A stretch of DNA of 64,000 nucleotides from an uncultured Candidatus Saccharibacteria bacterium (GCA_964534605.1 CAZHOS010000001.1:39198-103197), one strand, 5' to 3'; shown: positions 10,508 to 20,334, counted from the first letter of the stretch. The notes: generated from the sequence alone by a model not told the origin. Translations and numbers: made by a program.

Positions 10508-11791
10508 TTAGCTAGTTGCTGAATCTACGAGTTTGCGGAGAGATTTGTCTGTCAGGAGCCTAGCAGTTATGTCCTGTTTACCACGCGGAGTCTTAAGCTG
10601 CTCCTGCATCTTTGGGTCATTTGCGAATTGTTGGCGGTACTGGCTGGTTGCTGCCTCTATCTCTGCGTCTGAGGCCTTGATCCCCTCTGCACGAGCAAAC
10701 TCTGATAGTACGATGCCACCTTTTAGTCTATCGACTGCGCCGGGGCGTAGGTCTTTGACATGGTCGTCGGTGGTTTTGCCCTCGGCCTTAAGCCAATCTT
10801 CGTAAGTCTGGCCTCTCTGGGCAAGATTACGCTGGTGGTCGTGTTGCATGCGGTGGATCTGCTGGTTGATGAGCCCTTCTGGTAGCTCAATTTCGGATCC
10901 GTTAACGAGCTCTTCCATGATCGAGCTTTCGAGTTCCATACGAGCACGCTGCTCCTTCTCGCGGGTGATATTTTTGACTACATCGGCCTCTAGCTCTTTG
11001 ACTGTCTTGTACGGGCCGACTTTAGCTGCAAATGCATCGTCTACATCTGGGATGACAACTTCTTGGACTTTGTTAACCGTGACAGTAAAGGTAACTTTCT
11101 TGTTGGCCATAGCCGCAACGCCGTAGTCTTTGGGGAATGTCAGAGTAAACTCTTTGTTATCGCCCGCACTCATGCCGATCATTTCGTCCTCGAAGCCCGG
11201 TATAAATGTGTTCGTACCGATAGCGAGGGGGTAATCCTTGCCAGCAGCGCCCTGTATCGCTTCGCCTTTGGCATCTTTGCCGTCAAAATCTATCCAAACT
11301 TGGTCACCATCCTTGGCGGCACGCTTGACGTCTGACTTCTCGGACAAATCCATTTGTATGCGCTTGTAGACGGTATCTATGTCTTTTTTGTCTACTTTAA
11401 CGGCTGTATTCTTGCGCTTTACTTTGGTGTAGTCTGCTAGCTTTACCTCACCCAGATGATCGATAGTGACGTCCATCTCGACGGCACTAAATGGCACAAA
11501 CTTAGTTACTGCTACATTCGGTGCAATAGAAGGGCTAAGCTTGTGCTCGTTGACAGCTTTTTCGACAAGCGGAGGTACGGCGGCGTTCAAAAACGTATCG
11601 TTTAGCTTGGCTTGATCGGCATGTTTCTCTACTTCTGTAGCTGGTACGTTGCCTTCGCGGAATCCAGGTATCTTAAGGTCTTTACCGACTTCCTTAAGGG
11701 CGGCCTGTTTGTAGTCCGACAGATCTTTATCGTCGGCAACGATGGTTAGCTTGGTTTGCGTACTGGATAGTTTTTCGATGGATGTATTCAT
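10508..11791 (-). CDS. tig: Trigger factor
   Basis: IPGFREG ribosome-binding motif, FKBP-like FIPGFEDEMIGM / FPKDY; adjacent to clpP. Confidence 0.95.
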   Translation of the reverse strand: MNTSIEKLSSTQTKLTIVADDKDLSDYKQAALKEVGKDLKIPGFREGNVPATEVEKHADQAKLNDTFLNAAVPPLVEKAVNEHKLSPSIAPNVAVTKFVPFSAVEMDVTIDHLGEVKLADYTKVKRKNTAVKVDKKDIDTVYKRIQMDLSEKSDVKRAAKDGDQVWIDFDGKDAKGEAIQGAAGKDYPLAIGTNTFIPGFEDEMIGMSAGDNKEFTLTFPKDYGVAAMANKKVTFTVTVNKVQEVVIPDVDDAFAAKVGPYKTVKELEADVVKNITREKEQRARMELESSIMEELVNGSEIELPEGLINQQIHRMQHDHQRNLAQRGQTYEDWLKAEGKTTDDHVKDLRPGAVDRLKGGIVLSEFARAEGIKASDAEIEAATSQYRQQFANDPKMQEQLKTPRGKQDITARLLTDKSLRKLVDSATS

Positions 11792-11846
11792 AGACCAAGA
11801 CTTTACCACGGCTGGCTAAGTTTATCCATAGAAGATACTAGACGCG

Positions 11847-13148
11847 CTACGAGGAAACTGCGTCTAGGATGGCGTCTGGCGCTACCCTCTGTTTCTGCTG
11901 AGTATCAAGGTTTAGAAGCTCATAACTATCCTCGCGTAGCTCGTCCTCCCCGACAAACAGCACATGCCGTGCGCCTGCCTTTGCGGCAGCATCTATCTGC
12001 TTAGATATCTTACGTCCACTGGTATCTACAGCGACCTTTAGGCCATATATGCGTAGCTGCATGAATAGCTGCTGGGCTTGCTCGTAGACATCGCCCGCCA
12101 ACACAACGTATATATCCGTGGGGTTAGGAAGGTCAGACAGCAGATCATGAGTGCGCAGGAAGTCAACAATAGTCACGTCGCCCTTACCGAATCCTGCCGT
12201 CGGTACAGGATCAGCACCAAGTGCTCCAACGAGACCATCGTAGCGACCGCCACCAAATAGCGAGCGATTATTGTCTGGGCTCGTATCAAATACCTCAAAC
12301 ACAATCCCGGTGTAGTAAGCAAATCCTCTGACTATTGACGCGTCGAATCTAACGTTTTCTAGGCCGCTAGACTCAACCATCTGACTAAACTCCAAAAGAT
12401 CACGGTATCCTTTTGTCTGCAAGACATCTGCGTAAGCCTTTAAGTCGCTCGTATCCAGGAGTTGTATTAACTTTTGGTCTAGCCCGTTCTTTATGTTTTC
12501 TGTGCTTAGTATGTCTTTTAGCGCCTTAGCTGCGTCATCGGCAGATTTATACTTTTTGTATCTGTCTATGTACCCAAAAATATCATTAACTAGCGTCTCG
12601 TCTACACCCAAGTAGTCCAGGAGGTCTTCCATAAATGCCCGGCTGCCATAGCGCACTTCATACATATCTCTCGAAGCACCAAAACCCTCCATTATCTGCG
12701 AGGCAATCATCACCAGCTCGTGCTCAGCCTCCATACCCTCTACGCCAAATATGTCGACATTCAGCTGCCAGTGCTCTCGCAAGCGGCCCTTCTGAGGGCG
12801 CTCGTAACGCCATAGATTCGGTATGCTAAATAGACGTAGTGGGTAGGCTAATTCTTGGCGCTTGGCGGCAACCATGCGGCTCACGCTCGGGGTCATCTCG
12901 GGCCGTACGGCTACTTCCCTGCCTCCTCTGTCTGTAAAGCTGTAGACTTGCTCGTTAACTATCTCGCTAGATTCTTGGTTCTTTAAGCGGTAAAGATCTA
13001 GCGACTCAATCATCGGTGCATCGTATTCTTGGTAGCCAAAGCTTGCGCAAGCGCTGCGCCAAACTCCAAAGATATAATCCTGCAGTCGCTTGTCCTCGGG
13101 ATAGAAATCCCGAGTTCCTTTGTATGGTTGTATGCTTACTTTACCCAT
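11847..13148 (-). CDS. hisS: Histidine--tRNA ligase
   Basis: KGTRDF, VRPEMT, WRYERPQKGRLREHWQ, RGFAYYTG, GGGRYD. Confidence 0.98.
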   Translation of the reverse strand: MGKVSIQPYKGTRDFYPEDKRLQDYIFGVWRSACASFGYQEYDAPMIESLDLYRLKNQESSEIVNEQVYSFTDRGGREVAVRPEMTPSVSRMVAAKRQELAYPLRLFSIPNLWRYERPQKGRLREHWQLNVDIFGVEGMEAEHELVMIASQIMEGFGASRDMYEVRYGSRAFMEDLLDYLGVDETLVNDIFGYIDRYKKYKSADDAAKALKDILSTENIKNGLDQKLIQLLDTSDLKAYADVLQTKGYRDLLEFSQMVESSGLENVRFDASIVRGFAYYTGIVFEVFDTSPDNNRSLFGGGRYDGLVGALGADPVPTAGFGKGDVTIVDFLRTHDLLSDLPNPTDIYVVLAGDVYEQAQQLFMQLRIYGLKVAVDTSGRKISKQIDAAAKAGARHVLFVGEDELREDSYELLNLDTQQKQRVAPDAILDAVSS

Positions 13149-13227
13149 TTTGTAATCCCTTTTCTTTTAGTTTATCAGCTTTGGCCTTTTTATATTGTTC
13201 GTAAAACATTTTTTGCTCCGTATTCAT
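13141..13227 (-). CDS. Putative 28-aa small ORF overlapping the hisS start
   Basis: MNTEQKMFYEQYKKAKADKLKEKGLQNG*; stop overlaps the hisS start as ATGGGTAA. Confidence 0.35.
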   Translation of the reverse strand: MNTEQKMFYEQYKKAKADKLKEKGLQNG

Positions 13228-13235
13228 TATCTATA

Positions 13236-13267
13236 AAAATCAAAAACGCCGAAGGGCCGGCGTTTTT
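13236..13267 (-). terminator. Intrinsic terminator / attenuator upstream of hisS
   Basis: AAAAACGCCG-gccctt-CGGCGTTTTT followed by GATTTTT. Confidence 0.75.
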
Positions 13268-13289
13268 AAAGGATAGTCACATCACAAAA

Positions 13290-13343
13290 CTAACGCAGGC
13301 GGGCCTCCGGCGATATATGTAGATGCAAATTTGAATAATTCAT
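13290..13343 (-). CDS. Putative His-containing leader peptide
   Basis: MNYSNLHLHISPEARLR*; preceded by extended -10 TGaTATACT and followed by a terminator and hisS. Confidence 0.55.
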   Translation of the reverse strand: MNYSNLHLHISPEARLR

Positions 13344-13365
13344 AGGGTTAAGTATATCACGCTGT

Positions 13366-14612
13366 TTAGTTTCTTGCGGCATTGATACCGGCTATATAGC
13401 CTGTTGTCCAGCATAGCTGGAGCGAGTAGCCACCGGATGGTCTGTTGATATTAAGAAGGTCGCCTGTAACGTAAAGGTTGGTGATTTCCTTAGACCTCAT
13501 AGTTTTCGTGTCCAGATTCTCTAGGGCTAAGCCACCGTCTGCAACTACGGCTTTGTCAAACCCCATCAGGCTATCGACCTGAGCAGTTGCGCCACACAAC
13601 ACATCGACAATTTTGCTACGCAATACCTTACTGAGCTCGCTGCAGTTCTTAGCCTCGATCTCTTGTTTGCCAATAATCTGCGTAATGATTGGGCTTAGAC
13701 CGCCAGGCAAGAGCTCTTTGAGAACATTTTTGAGCATTTTTGCACGGTTAGATTCTAGCGCTTGGACTACTTTTTTGTCGACATCCTCCCTGTCTAGCTC
13801 AGGATAAAAATTAATTGCAACATGGACATCGCTAGACTCCAGTAGCTCCGCCACCCGGTAAGCATTATTGAGCACCAGTGGACCAGATACGCCGTAATGA
13901 GTAAAGAGCAGCCTCCCACGCTGTTTGAACTTCTTTTTGTTGCCTGCGCATAAAGACAGCTCCACCTCCGCAGATTTGCCCGCCACCGACGCAGGCCAGC
14001 TGTCTTTTAGCTTTAGTGGGGTAATACTGGGACTTGGCTCATCTACTGTATGCCCAAGCTCACGCAACCACTTAAATCCGTCACCCGTAGATCCGGTGTC
14101 CGGGCGGGATGTGCCACCGGTTGCCAGTATGTAGCTGTGGCCATGCACATCACCTTTCGATGTGCAGATACTGCTAATCGAACCCTGCTCTGTTTGAATG
14201 GACTCGACACGCACATCTGTAAGCACCTCTACTTTGCTGTGTGTCATGTCTTGTTCGAGCACCCTCAGAACATCCAAAGCTTTATTAGTAGTCGGAAATG
14301 CACGTTTACGATCCTCGATCTTTGTAGCTAGGCCACGAGAATTAAAATAATCTGCCGACTCTTGCATGCCAAACTGAGTGAATGCCGAGTAAAGGAACTT
14401 CTCTGACTTGCCGTAATTTTTGAGTAGCGTGCGCATGTCTTCCTCGGCATTGTAGACATTGCAACGGCCGCCGCCTGTTATGCGTAGCTTTTCGCCGAGG
14501 CGCTTGTTTTTTTCTAATAACAACACACTCGCCCCGCGGCTCGCAGCTGTAGCTGCGGCCATCATGCCACTCGCGCCACCACCCACACCACAACTACATC
14601 ATACTTATTCAC
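13366..14612 (-). CDS. HI0933/YhiN (BaiN-like) flavoprotein with a 2-nt frameshift near the start
   Basis: GGGASG, ITGGGRCN, ATGG, LFTHYGVSGP, GGYSLQ motifs; the N-terminal MNKYDVVVV lies in a different frame. Confidence 0.85.
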
Positions 14613-14673
14613 CGCTATAGTCTACATCAATCAAATAGTACAATGTAGGAATATAGCGGAGCTATAATTTTTA

Positions 14674-15090
14674 CTAAAAATCATACTTTGAGTGGCATAC
14701 TGCGTGCCTCGGTATATCCTCACACTCTAAGCTAAAAGTTAATAGATATGAAGTTAAGGTGATTAACAGTAGGCTTGGTAAAAAATAGAGTCCTATCTTC
14801 CAAAATTTGTCTACCTTAAAACGCCCTAGATAAATTATTTTTGTAATAAGCAGACCAAGAAAGAATGGAATAAAATAAACCAGTGCAACTATAAAGTATT
14901 CAACCGTAAATATGTATGGGTCGCGTAGATACGTACTTACATCAGTCTCTATAATCGATGCACACTGCCTATCGAACTCAAAGCAGTAAGGTTCTGGAAG
15001 CAGCAACCAAAATGTTCCAGTAGCAAAGAATAGACAAAATATAAAAGCAATAACGTATTGCTTGAAAGTAAAGGTTTTGAATATCCCCAT
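14674..15090 (-). CDS. Hypothetical AT-rich membrane protein
   Basis: 138-aa ORF with three hydrophobic segments, downstream of tRNA-Leu. Confidence 0.7.
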   Translation of the reverse strand: MGIFKTFTFKQYVIAFIFCLFFATGTFWLLLPEPYCFEFDRQCASIIETDVSTYLRDPYIFTVEYFIVALVYFIPFFLGLLITKIIYLGRFKVDKFWKIGLYFLPSLLLITLTSYLLTFSLECEDIPRHAVCHSKYDF

Positions 15091-15133
15091 TAGCTGCTAA
15101 GTATAGCATCTGGACATACTTAACCGATAAAAC

Positions 15134-15309
15134 CAAAATAAAGAGTCCCAAATGGGACTCTTTATTTTGGTGCCGTGGAAAGGACTTGCCCACGTCCCGC
15201 GGGCCCGAAACTTCGTCTTTGCAAACAAGTTTGCAAGAGAAGGTTTCCTTGCGATATGCCACTGGCATATCTCACCTTCACGCATTATGGCTCGGTTCAA
15301 CCCCTTTCC
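15134..15309 (-). repeat. Partial, interrupted duplicate of the tRNA-Leu 3' half plus its terminator
   Basis: tttattttggtgccgtggaaaggacttg at 15161-15188 is identical to 15341-15368; accttcacgcatt at 15274-15286; inverted T-arm-like copy at 15294-15309. Confidence 0.85.
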
Positions 15310-15313
15310 TAGT

Positions 15314-15349
15314 CAAAATAAAAAGCCCCATATGGGGCTATTTATTTTG
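15314..15349 (-). terminator. Hairpin/terminator directly after tRNA-Leu
   Basis: CAAAATAAA-t-AGCCCCA-ta-TGGGGCT-t-TTTATTTTG. Confidence 0.7.
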
Positions 15350-15432
15350 GTGCCGTGGAAAGGACTTGAACCTTCACGCATTGCTGCACTAGTTCCTAAG
15401 ACTAGCGTGTCTACCAATTCCACCACCACGGC
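15348..15432 (-). tRNA. tRNA-Leu (anticodon TAG)
   Basis: GCCGTGG acceptor stem, TGGTAGACAC D-loop, CTAGT-CTTAGGA-ACTAG anticodon arm, long variable arm, GGTTCAAGTCC, encoded CCA. Confidence 0.97.
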
Positions 15433-15482
15433 ATGTTAGTGTTGGACCGCACTATTCTACTACCGTTTAACTTGTCTCGCAA

Positions 15483-15866
15483 CTATACTATGTAGGCAAT
15501 GTATGCCACAGCCGATGTTAGCACCACACCCCAGGCAGTATCGAGTGCCACCATCTGCCAGGGCCAACCTTTAATGACGGCTTTATTTGTAAATTCATAC
15601 GTTCCATAGGCGAATAGACCTAACAGTGCCCCGCGCCTAGCGACCTCCGACGCTTGGCCTTCGACGTCTAACCCTAGTTGGGACAAATATACGACCAAGG
15701 TAACGTAGCCAACGTAGAATATCAGTGCGGCCAGACCGTCTGGCTTTTTAGCAACAAGCTGAGGGGCATACTTGACCAAAGTTGGCTTGATAACAAACGC
15801 TATTACCGGCAGGTCGATCGCTGCCATCGCTACCCCTCCAATAATTACACTAATTATATAATCCAT
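15483..15866 (-). CDS. DUF2177-like membrane protein
   Basis: GALLGLFAYGTYEFTNKAVIKGWPWQMVALDTAWG resembles the DUF2177 consensus. Confidence 0.8.
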   Translation of the reverse strand: MDYIISVIIGGVAMAAIDLPVIAFVIKPTLVKYAPQLVAKKPDGLAALIFYVGYVTLVVYLSQLGLDVEGQASEVARRGALLGLFAYGTYEFTNKAVIKGWPWQMVALDTAWGVVLTSAVAYIAYIV

Positions 15867-15907
15867 ATGCTTTCTATCATACCATCATTCTTGTATAATT
15901 CGATGTA

Positions 15908-16585
15908 ATGAAATTGCTTAAAAGTACAATTCCTGAAGTTAAAGTACATAAAACTAGCGATCTATGTGAGCTAGATGGGTTCGCATCTTTGCACGCTTAT
16001 GGACATATCGGTCTTTCAGGTTTTATTGAAGCTACAGACATACCCCCGCTCAATTATTTCCAGGGCCTATACTGGCAAGACGTCTCCGGAATATTTACCG
16101 GAATATCTAGCGCAAGAGCTAGATCTATAAGCGTTCAGGAATCGAGAAACGCATCTAATGCACAGCTCCACGCTCTTGCGGCTAAGGTTCACGGCTTCGT
16201 TAGATCCATGCTTGAAGCTGCAGATTCGCCTTCTGCGAACTACATGGTAAATCGACCCTTACCTATACCCAACAAACTAGAGGCAGGCGGCTATGTCGAG
16301 CCTCATGCTGATGGAATAAGCTGTCATGTATATGTTGCTAGTCTTGCTCTTCATGGAATTGGATTACCTGCAATCAGGCTTGGTGTTGATCAAAATGCCG
16401 AAAACTGGGATGAATACGAAAACGAGATGACATACCAGCAGGATCCTGGAGATCTGATGATCTATGCTTGCGACATCAGAGACGCTTCAAATGTACAAGC
16501 AACTCTAAACCACCATGAGGTAAAATTGCCCGACAATAGCCTCGGTAGGCATACACTGGTAGTTGCTGGCGCTTGTACTAGCTAG
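15908..16585 (+). CDS. Putative 2OG-Fe(II) oxygenase-fold protein
   Basis: PHAD...VASLAL...PGDLMIY...HHEV...GRHTLV matches the HxD..H..R pattern. Confidence 0.5.
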   Translation: MKLLKSTIPEVKVHKTSDLCELDGFASLHAYGHIGLSGFIEATDIPPLNYFQGLYWQDVSGIFTGISSARARSISVQESRNASNAQLHALAAKVHGFVRSMLEAADSPSANYMVNRPLPIPNKLEAGGYVEPHADGISCHVYVASLALHGIGLPAIRLGVDQNAENWDEYENEMTYQQDPGDLMIYACDIRDASNVQATLNHHEVKLPDNSLGRHTLVVAGACTS

Positions 16586-17105
16586 CCTTGAGGATGCTAA
16601 TTGTCGCACGGGCGTAGGATCTTTGAGTGACAAGCCTGAGGCCATCTAGTTCTTCTGTGCGGTAATCCTTGGGGTGGCTAATCACCATCAGTCCACCAGG
16701 TGCAAGCATGCTGGCTAGTGCCCGCAGATGTAGGGGGTTCAGGTCCTGGTACGGCGGATCTGCAAAGATGAGATCAAAAGTGTAATCTACGTTCTTGGCC
16801 CAAGTAACAACGTTGGCTCGTGTGGCGCGGACGCTCTGTTTCAGACCTAGGTCCTCTATATTCTCGGTGATTGTTTTGTAGGCTTTTTTGTCCATATCGA
16901 CGGCATAGACGCTGGCGGCCCCACGACTAACTGCCTCAAAACCCAACGCTCCACTCCCGGCATAGGCATCCAGCACACTCAGGCCTTCTATGGGGCCCAG
17001 CATATTAAATAGGGCCCCCCTGGCACGCTCGCTCATTGGGTGCGTCCTATTGCCTGATGGGGCTTTAAAGATTCGGCCTTTGTGCTTTCCTGCAATCACT
17101 CTCAT
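16578..17105 (-). CDS. rsmD: 16S rRNA m2G966 methyltransferase
   Basis: MRVIAGKHKG, LDAYAGSGALGFEAVSRGA, FADPPY. Confidence 0.93.
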   Translation of the reverse strand: MRVIAGKHKGRIFKAPSGNRTHPMSERARGALFNMLGPIEGLSVLDAYAGSGALGFEAVSRGAASVYAVDMDKKAYKTITENIEDLGLKQSVRATRANVVTWAKNVDYTFDLIFADPPYQDLNPLHLRALASMLAPGGLMVISHPKDYRTEELDGLRLVTQRSYARATISILKAS

Positions 17106-17194
17106 AGCTCTATTGTACCCCCTGCAGCGACACCGCACCATGTTTCTGTTCTTCTGCAGAACAAATAGTCTTAACGTTGTAAGATTTCCTGCTG

Positions 17195-19228
17195 CTAGTT
17201 AAGAGAGCTTACTTTTTGGGTTTTAATAACACTCTTTTGTAACTCGGGGTAGTCTTTTAGCTTTAATTTGCTACCAATAAACGCATCGGCCATCGCCCGA
17301 GCGACTGCAACCTGCTTTGCATCGGATATATTAGCCACGCGCAGATCCAGCGATCCGCTCTGACGCGTACCATAGATCGCACCAGGTCCACGCAGCTCTA
17401 AATCGAGCTCACTCAGCTTGAAGCCATCTTCCACTTGCTCTATATACCTCAGTCGTTTAGCCGGGGCTTGGTTATCTGCAAGCATCAACAAGCACGTACC
17501 CGCTGTGGTTCCACGTCCGACCCGGCCGCGCAACTGATGCAGTTGCGCTAACCCGAACCTATGCGGCGAGAGTATAGCTATTGTATGGGAGTTAACGACA
17601 TTCACACCGACCTCGATCACCGTTGTCGAGACCAATACATGGATCTTGCCGGACAGAAAGTCAGCCATAACTAACTCCTTCTGCTCGGCCTTAAGCTTAC
17701 CGTGCATTAGGCCTATAGAAGCGTCGGGATACTTGCGCTGCAAGTCACTATATATCTGCTCAGCGGGGTCCCCTACTTCTTCGCTATCAATACTGGGGCA
17801 CACAATATAGACCTGATTACTTTCGTCGGCATTGCTTATAAGACTTTTAAGTTTATTAGCTCTATGGGAAAGGCTGACAAGTTCTGTGCGGATAGATTTT
17901 TTGCCAGGTGGCTTCTCGCTAAGGATAGATATGTCTAGTTCGCCGTAGAGGATAAGCCCTAGTGTGCGGGGTATGGGTGTTGCAGTCATAGTAAGTATAT
18001 GGGGCATTAGCTTGGCTTTGCCTTGCAAGCTCTTGCGCTGCTCGACTCCAAAGCGGTGTTGCTCGTCGATTATAGCTAGTTGAACATTCTTGTAATCGAC
18101 CCCTTTCTGGAAGACAGCGTGCGTGCCTATTATTATCCGTGCATCGCCGCTAGCGACCCGCTGTAGTACGGCTTTTTTGTCAGGGGCTTTTTGTGATCCC
18201 GTCAGTACCGTTATTTGACTCGCTAAGCTGGTGCCGCCGAGTAGCTCCTGGAATGACTCGTAATGCTGCTTAGCTAACAAGTCTGTCGGTGCCATAACTA
18301 CTACCTGTCCGCCGTGACTAGCGACGTTCGCTGCCACCATCGCGGCGATAACTGTCTTGCCGGATCCTACATCTCCCTCTACCAGCCTGTTAAGAGGCCT
18401 GTCAGCTTCTTGCATATCCTTAAGTATTTGCCAGGCTATCGCCCGCTGTTGATCCGTAAGTGTGTAGGGCAGATCTTTAGATATAGACACCAGCAGGTCT
18501 TCGTTAACGGTGATTTTAGGCGAGCGCAGGACAGAATATTTCTGGCGCAATAACTGGCTAGACAGACTAAGTTCGAACAGCTCACGCACACCCAGCTCGA
18601 ACCGGGCCTCCTGAACATCTTCAGTTCTGGCTGGGAAGTGTAGCTTGTTAAGCGTCGTGCTAAGGCTAGGCAAGCCTACATCCGCCAATAACTGTGCTGG
18701 TAGCCTCTCTGGTATGTCGTCTATGCATGACTTTACACCGCTAATGGCTTTTCTGATCCGTAGGCTGCTAAGCCCCTTAGTTTCTGGATAAACTGGCAGT
18801 ACCCGTGCTGTATTAATCTGAAAGTCACTAACTAGCTCGATAGTTGGGTTAATAAGCGACAAATGCTTGCCACTAAAGTCGTATTGCCCTGACAAATAGT
18901 ACTCGGCGCCCTTTTTGATGCTCTGGGCTCGGTAAGGTTGGTTAAACCAGACGATGCCAATAGCCCCGCTATCGTCGGTCGCTTTACCTTGGGTGATGTG
19001 CATGCCGCGGGCTTTGCCGTAGCGTGGTGCGCTGGTAGATATCTTGGCCTTCAGCGTTACAGGACCTGGTTCAACGTCGGCTATCTGCTGCACTTTAGAA
19101 TAGTCCTCGTACCGACGAGGGTAATGATCCAGTAAGTCCCCGATCGTCTCTATGCCTAAACGATTAAACAGTAAGCTCACCTTAGGCCCAATGCCGGCCA
19201 CCATGTCTATTTTGTCTGACAAGCGCAT
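17195..19228 (-). CDS. recG: ATP-dependent DNA helicase RecG
   Basis: GDVGSGKT, DEQHRFG, MTATPIPRT, QLHQLRGRVGRG, DLELRGPG. Confidence 0.98.
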   Translation of the reverse strand: MRLSDKIDMVAGIGPKVSLLFNRLGIETIGDLLDHYPRRYEDYSKVQQIADVEPGPVTLKAKISTSAPRYGKARGMHITQGKATDDSGAIGIVWFNQPYRAQSIKKGAEYYLSGQYDFSGKHLSLINPTIELVSDFQINTARVLPVYPETKGLSSLRIRKAISGVKSCIDDIPERLPAQLLADVGLPSLSTTLNKLHFPARTEDVQEARFELGVRELFELSLSSQLLRQKYSVLRSPKITVNEDLLVSISKDLPYTLTDQQRAIAWQILKDMQEADRPLNRLVEGDVGSGKTVIAAMVAANVASHGGQVVVMAPTDLLAKQHYESFQELLGGTSLASQITVLTGSQKAPDKKAVLQRVASGDARIIIGTHAVFQKGVDYKNVQLAIIDEQHRFGVEQRKSLQGKAKLMPHILTMTATPIPRTLGLILYGELDISILSEKPPGKKSIRTELVSLSHRANKLKSLISNADESNQVYIVCPSIDSEEVGDPAEQIYSDLQRKYPDASIGLMHGKLKAEQKELVMADFLSGKIHVLVSTTVIEVGVNVVNSHTIAILSPHRFGLAQLHQLRGRVGRGTTAGTCLLMLADNQAPAKRLRYIEQVEDGFKLSELDLELRGPGAIYGTRQSGSLDLRVANISDAKQVAVARAMADAFIGSKLKLKDYPELQKSVIKTQKVSSLN

Positions 19229-19285
19229 AGCTATAGTCTACATGAGTGGTTTACACTCTGCGCCCCTAGCCTGTATCATCTGTTT

Positions 19286-20251
19286 ATGGTTAATCCAAAA
19301 CTTCTGCACCCCCTCCAGAGCGAGGCCTGGCAACCTATCTACCCAAACACACACCGCCTGATCGCGGCCGGCACACCGACGAATATTCGTCTCGTCTCGC
19401 CCGCATACTCCAAAATGCCCTACGCTATTATCACCCGTCCCGGTAATAGGAGCTGGGACACAGATGGCTGGCTGCAAGACATAACCCTCGCAGTAAGCGA
19501 GCTAGGTGTCAGCCACCTTGTTATCGAGCCAGATGGGCGTTATTTGCCTGCAGGACGCACACTAGAAGGGTTCATAGTCTCTAGCGCGCCAGGCTTAACA
19601 AGTCGCTACAGCGCCGTTCTAGATCTAAGCCCAAGCGAAGAAGAGCTCCTAGCTAGCTGTAGTAAATCGCATCGACAAAATATCCGCAAAGCAATCAAAA
19701 ATGGATTACAGTTCGAAATCTTTACAGAAGGGACGGCTGGAATAGAACGTTTTGTGGCTATTGTCGAGTCTATGTCCACTAGCAAGAGCTTCGTGCAGTA
19801 CTCTAGTGCTCATATAGAGAATGTATGGCAAGCAATGTCCGATGCTAGTAGCGCCTATATCGTTATTGGTACATACGAAGGGCAAGACGTCGGAGGCTAC
19901 ATGGTGGTCCATAACGGCCAAGAGGCCTATCAACTCTATGGAGGTCGCACCCAGGCTGGACGCGACAACCGCCTGGCGCAAGCAATAGGTTTCGAGGCTC
20001 TACTGCAAGCAAAACGTCTGGGGATTAGACACTACGACATGTGGGGTATAGGTAGATTCGACAGCGGGGGCCCGGATAAAGACGACGAGAAGTACGGAAT
20101 AGGCAAGTTCAAGCTAGCATACGGGTCGATACCATACGACCATGGCCCCAATCTAGAGCATATCTTTGACCAAAAAGCATACGACCGCGCTAAACTAACT
20201 GCAAAATTATCGCAAAAGAAACTAACAATCAAGAAGAAGTTATCACGCTAA
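19286..20251 (+). CDS. FemAB/FemX-family peptidoglycan peptidyltransferase
   Basis: LDLSPSEEELL, RQNIRKAIKNG, YDMWGIG, GIGKFKLAYG; next to a PBP. Confidence 0.85.
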   Translation: MVNPKLLHPLQSEAWQPIYPNTHRLIAAGTPTNIRLVSPAYSKMPYAIITRPGNRSWDTDGWLQDITLAVSELGVSHLVIEPDGRYLPAGRTLEGFIVSSAPGLTSRYSAVLDLSPSEEELLASCSKSHRQNIRKAIKNGLQFEIFTEGTAGIERFVAIVESMSTSKSFVQYSSAHIENVWQAMSDASSAYIVIGTYEGQDVGGYMVVHNGQEAYQLYGGRTQAGRDNRLAQAIGFEALLQAKRLGIRHYDMWGIGRFDSGGPDKDDEKYGIGKFKLAYGSIPYDHGPNLEHIFDQKAYDRAKLTAKLSQKKLTIKKKLSR

Positions 20252-20334
20252 TGCTTGGCAGCTATTTTTCAGATTAAGACCAGCTTTGTTATTGTGGTTA
20301 TTTTGATATAATAAGCTCTATATTTGGAGATCAA

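Noticed and set aside
13149-13365. T-box riboswitch for hisS
   Set aside because: No T-box consensus (GGTGGNACC) before the terminator, and the leader is too short for stem I.
14674-15432. Prophage or genomic island integrated at tRNA-Leu
   Set aside because: The duplicated 3' end is only 180 bp away and no integrase or phage genes are present.
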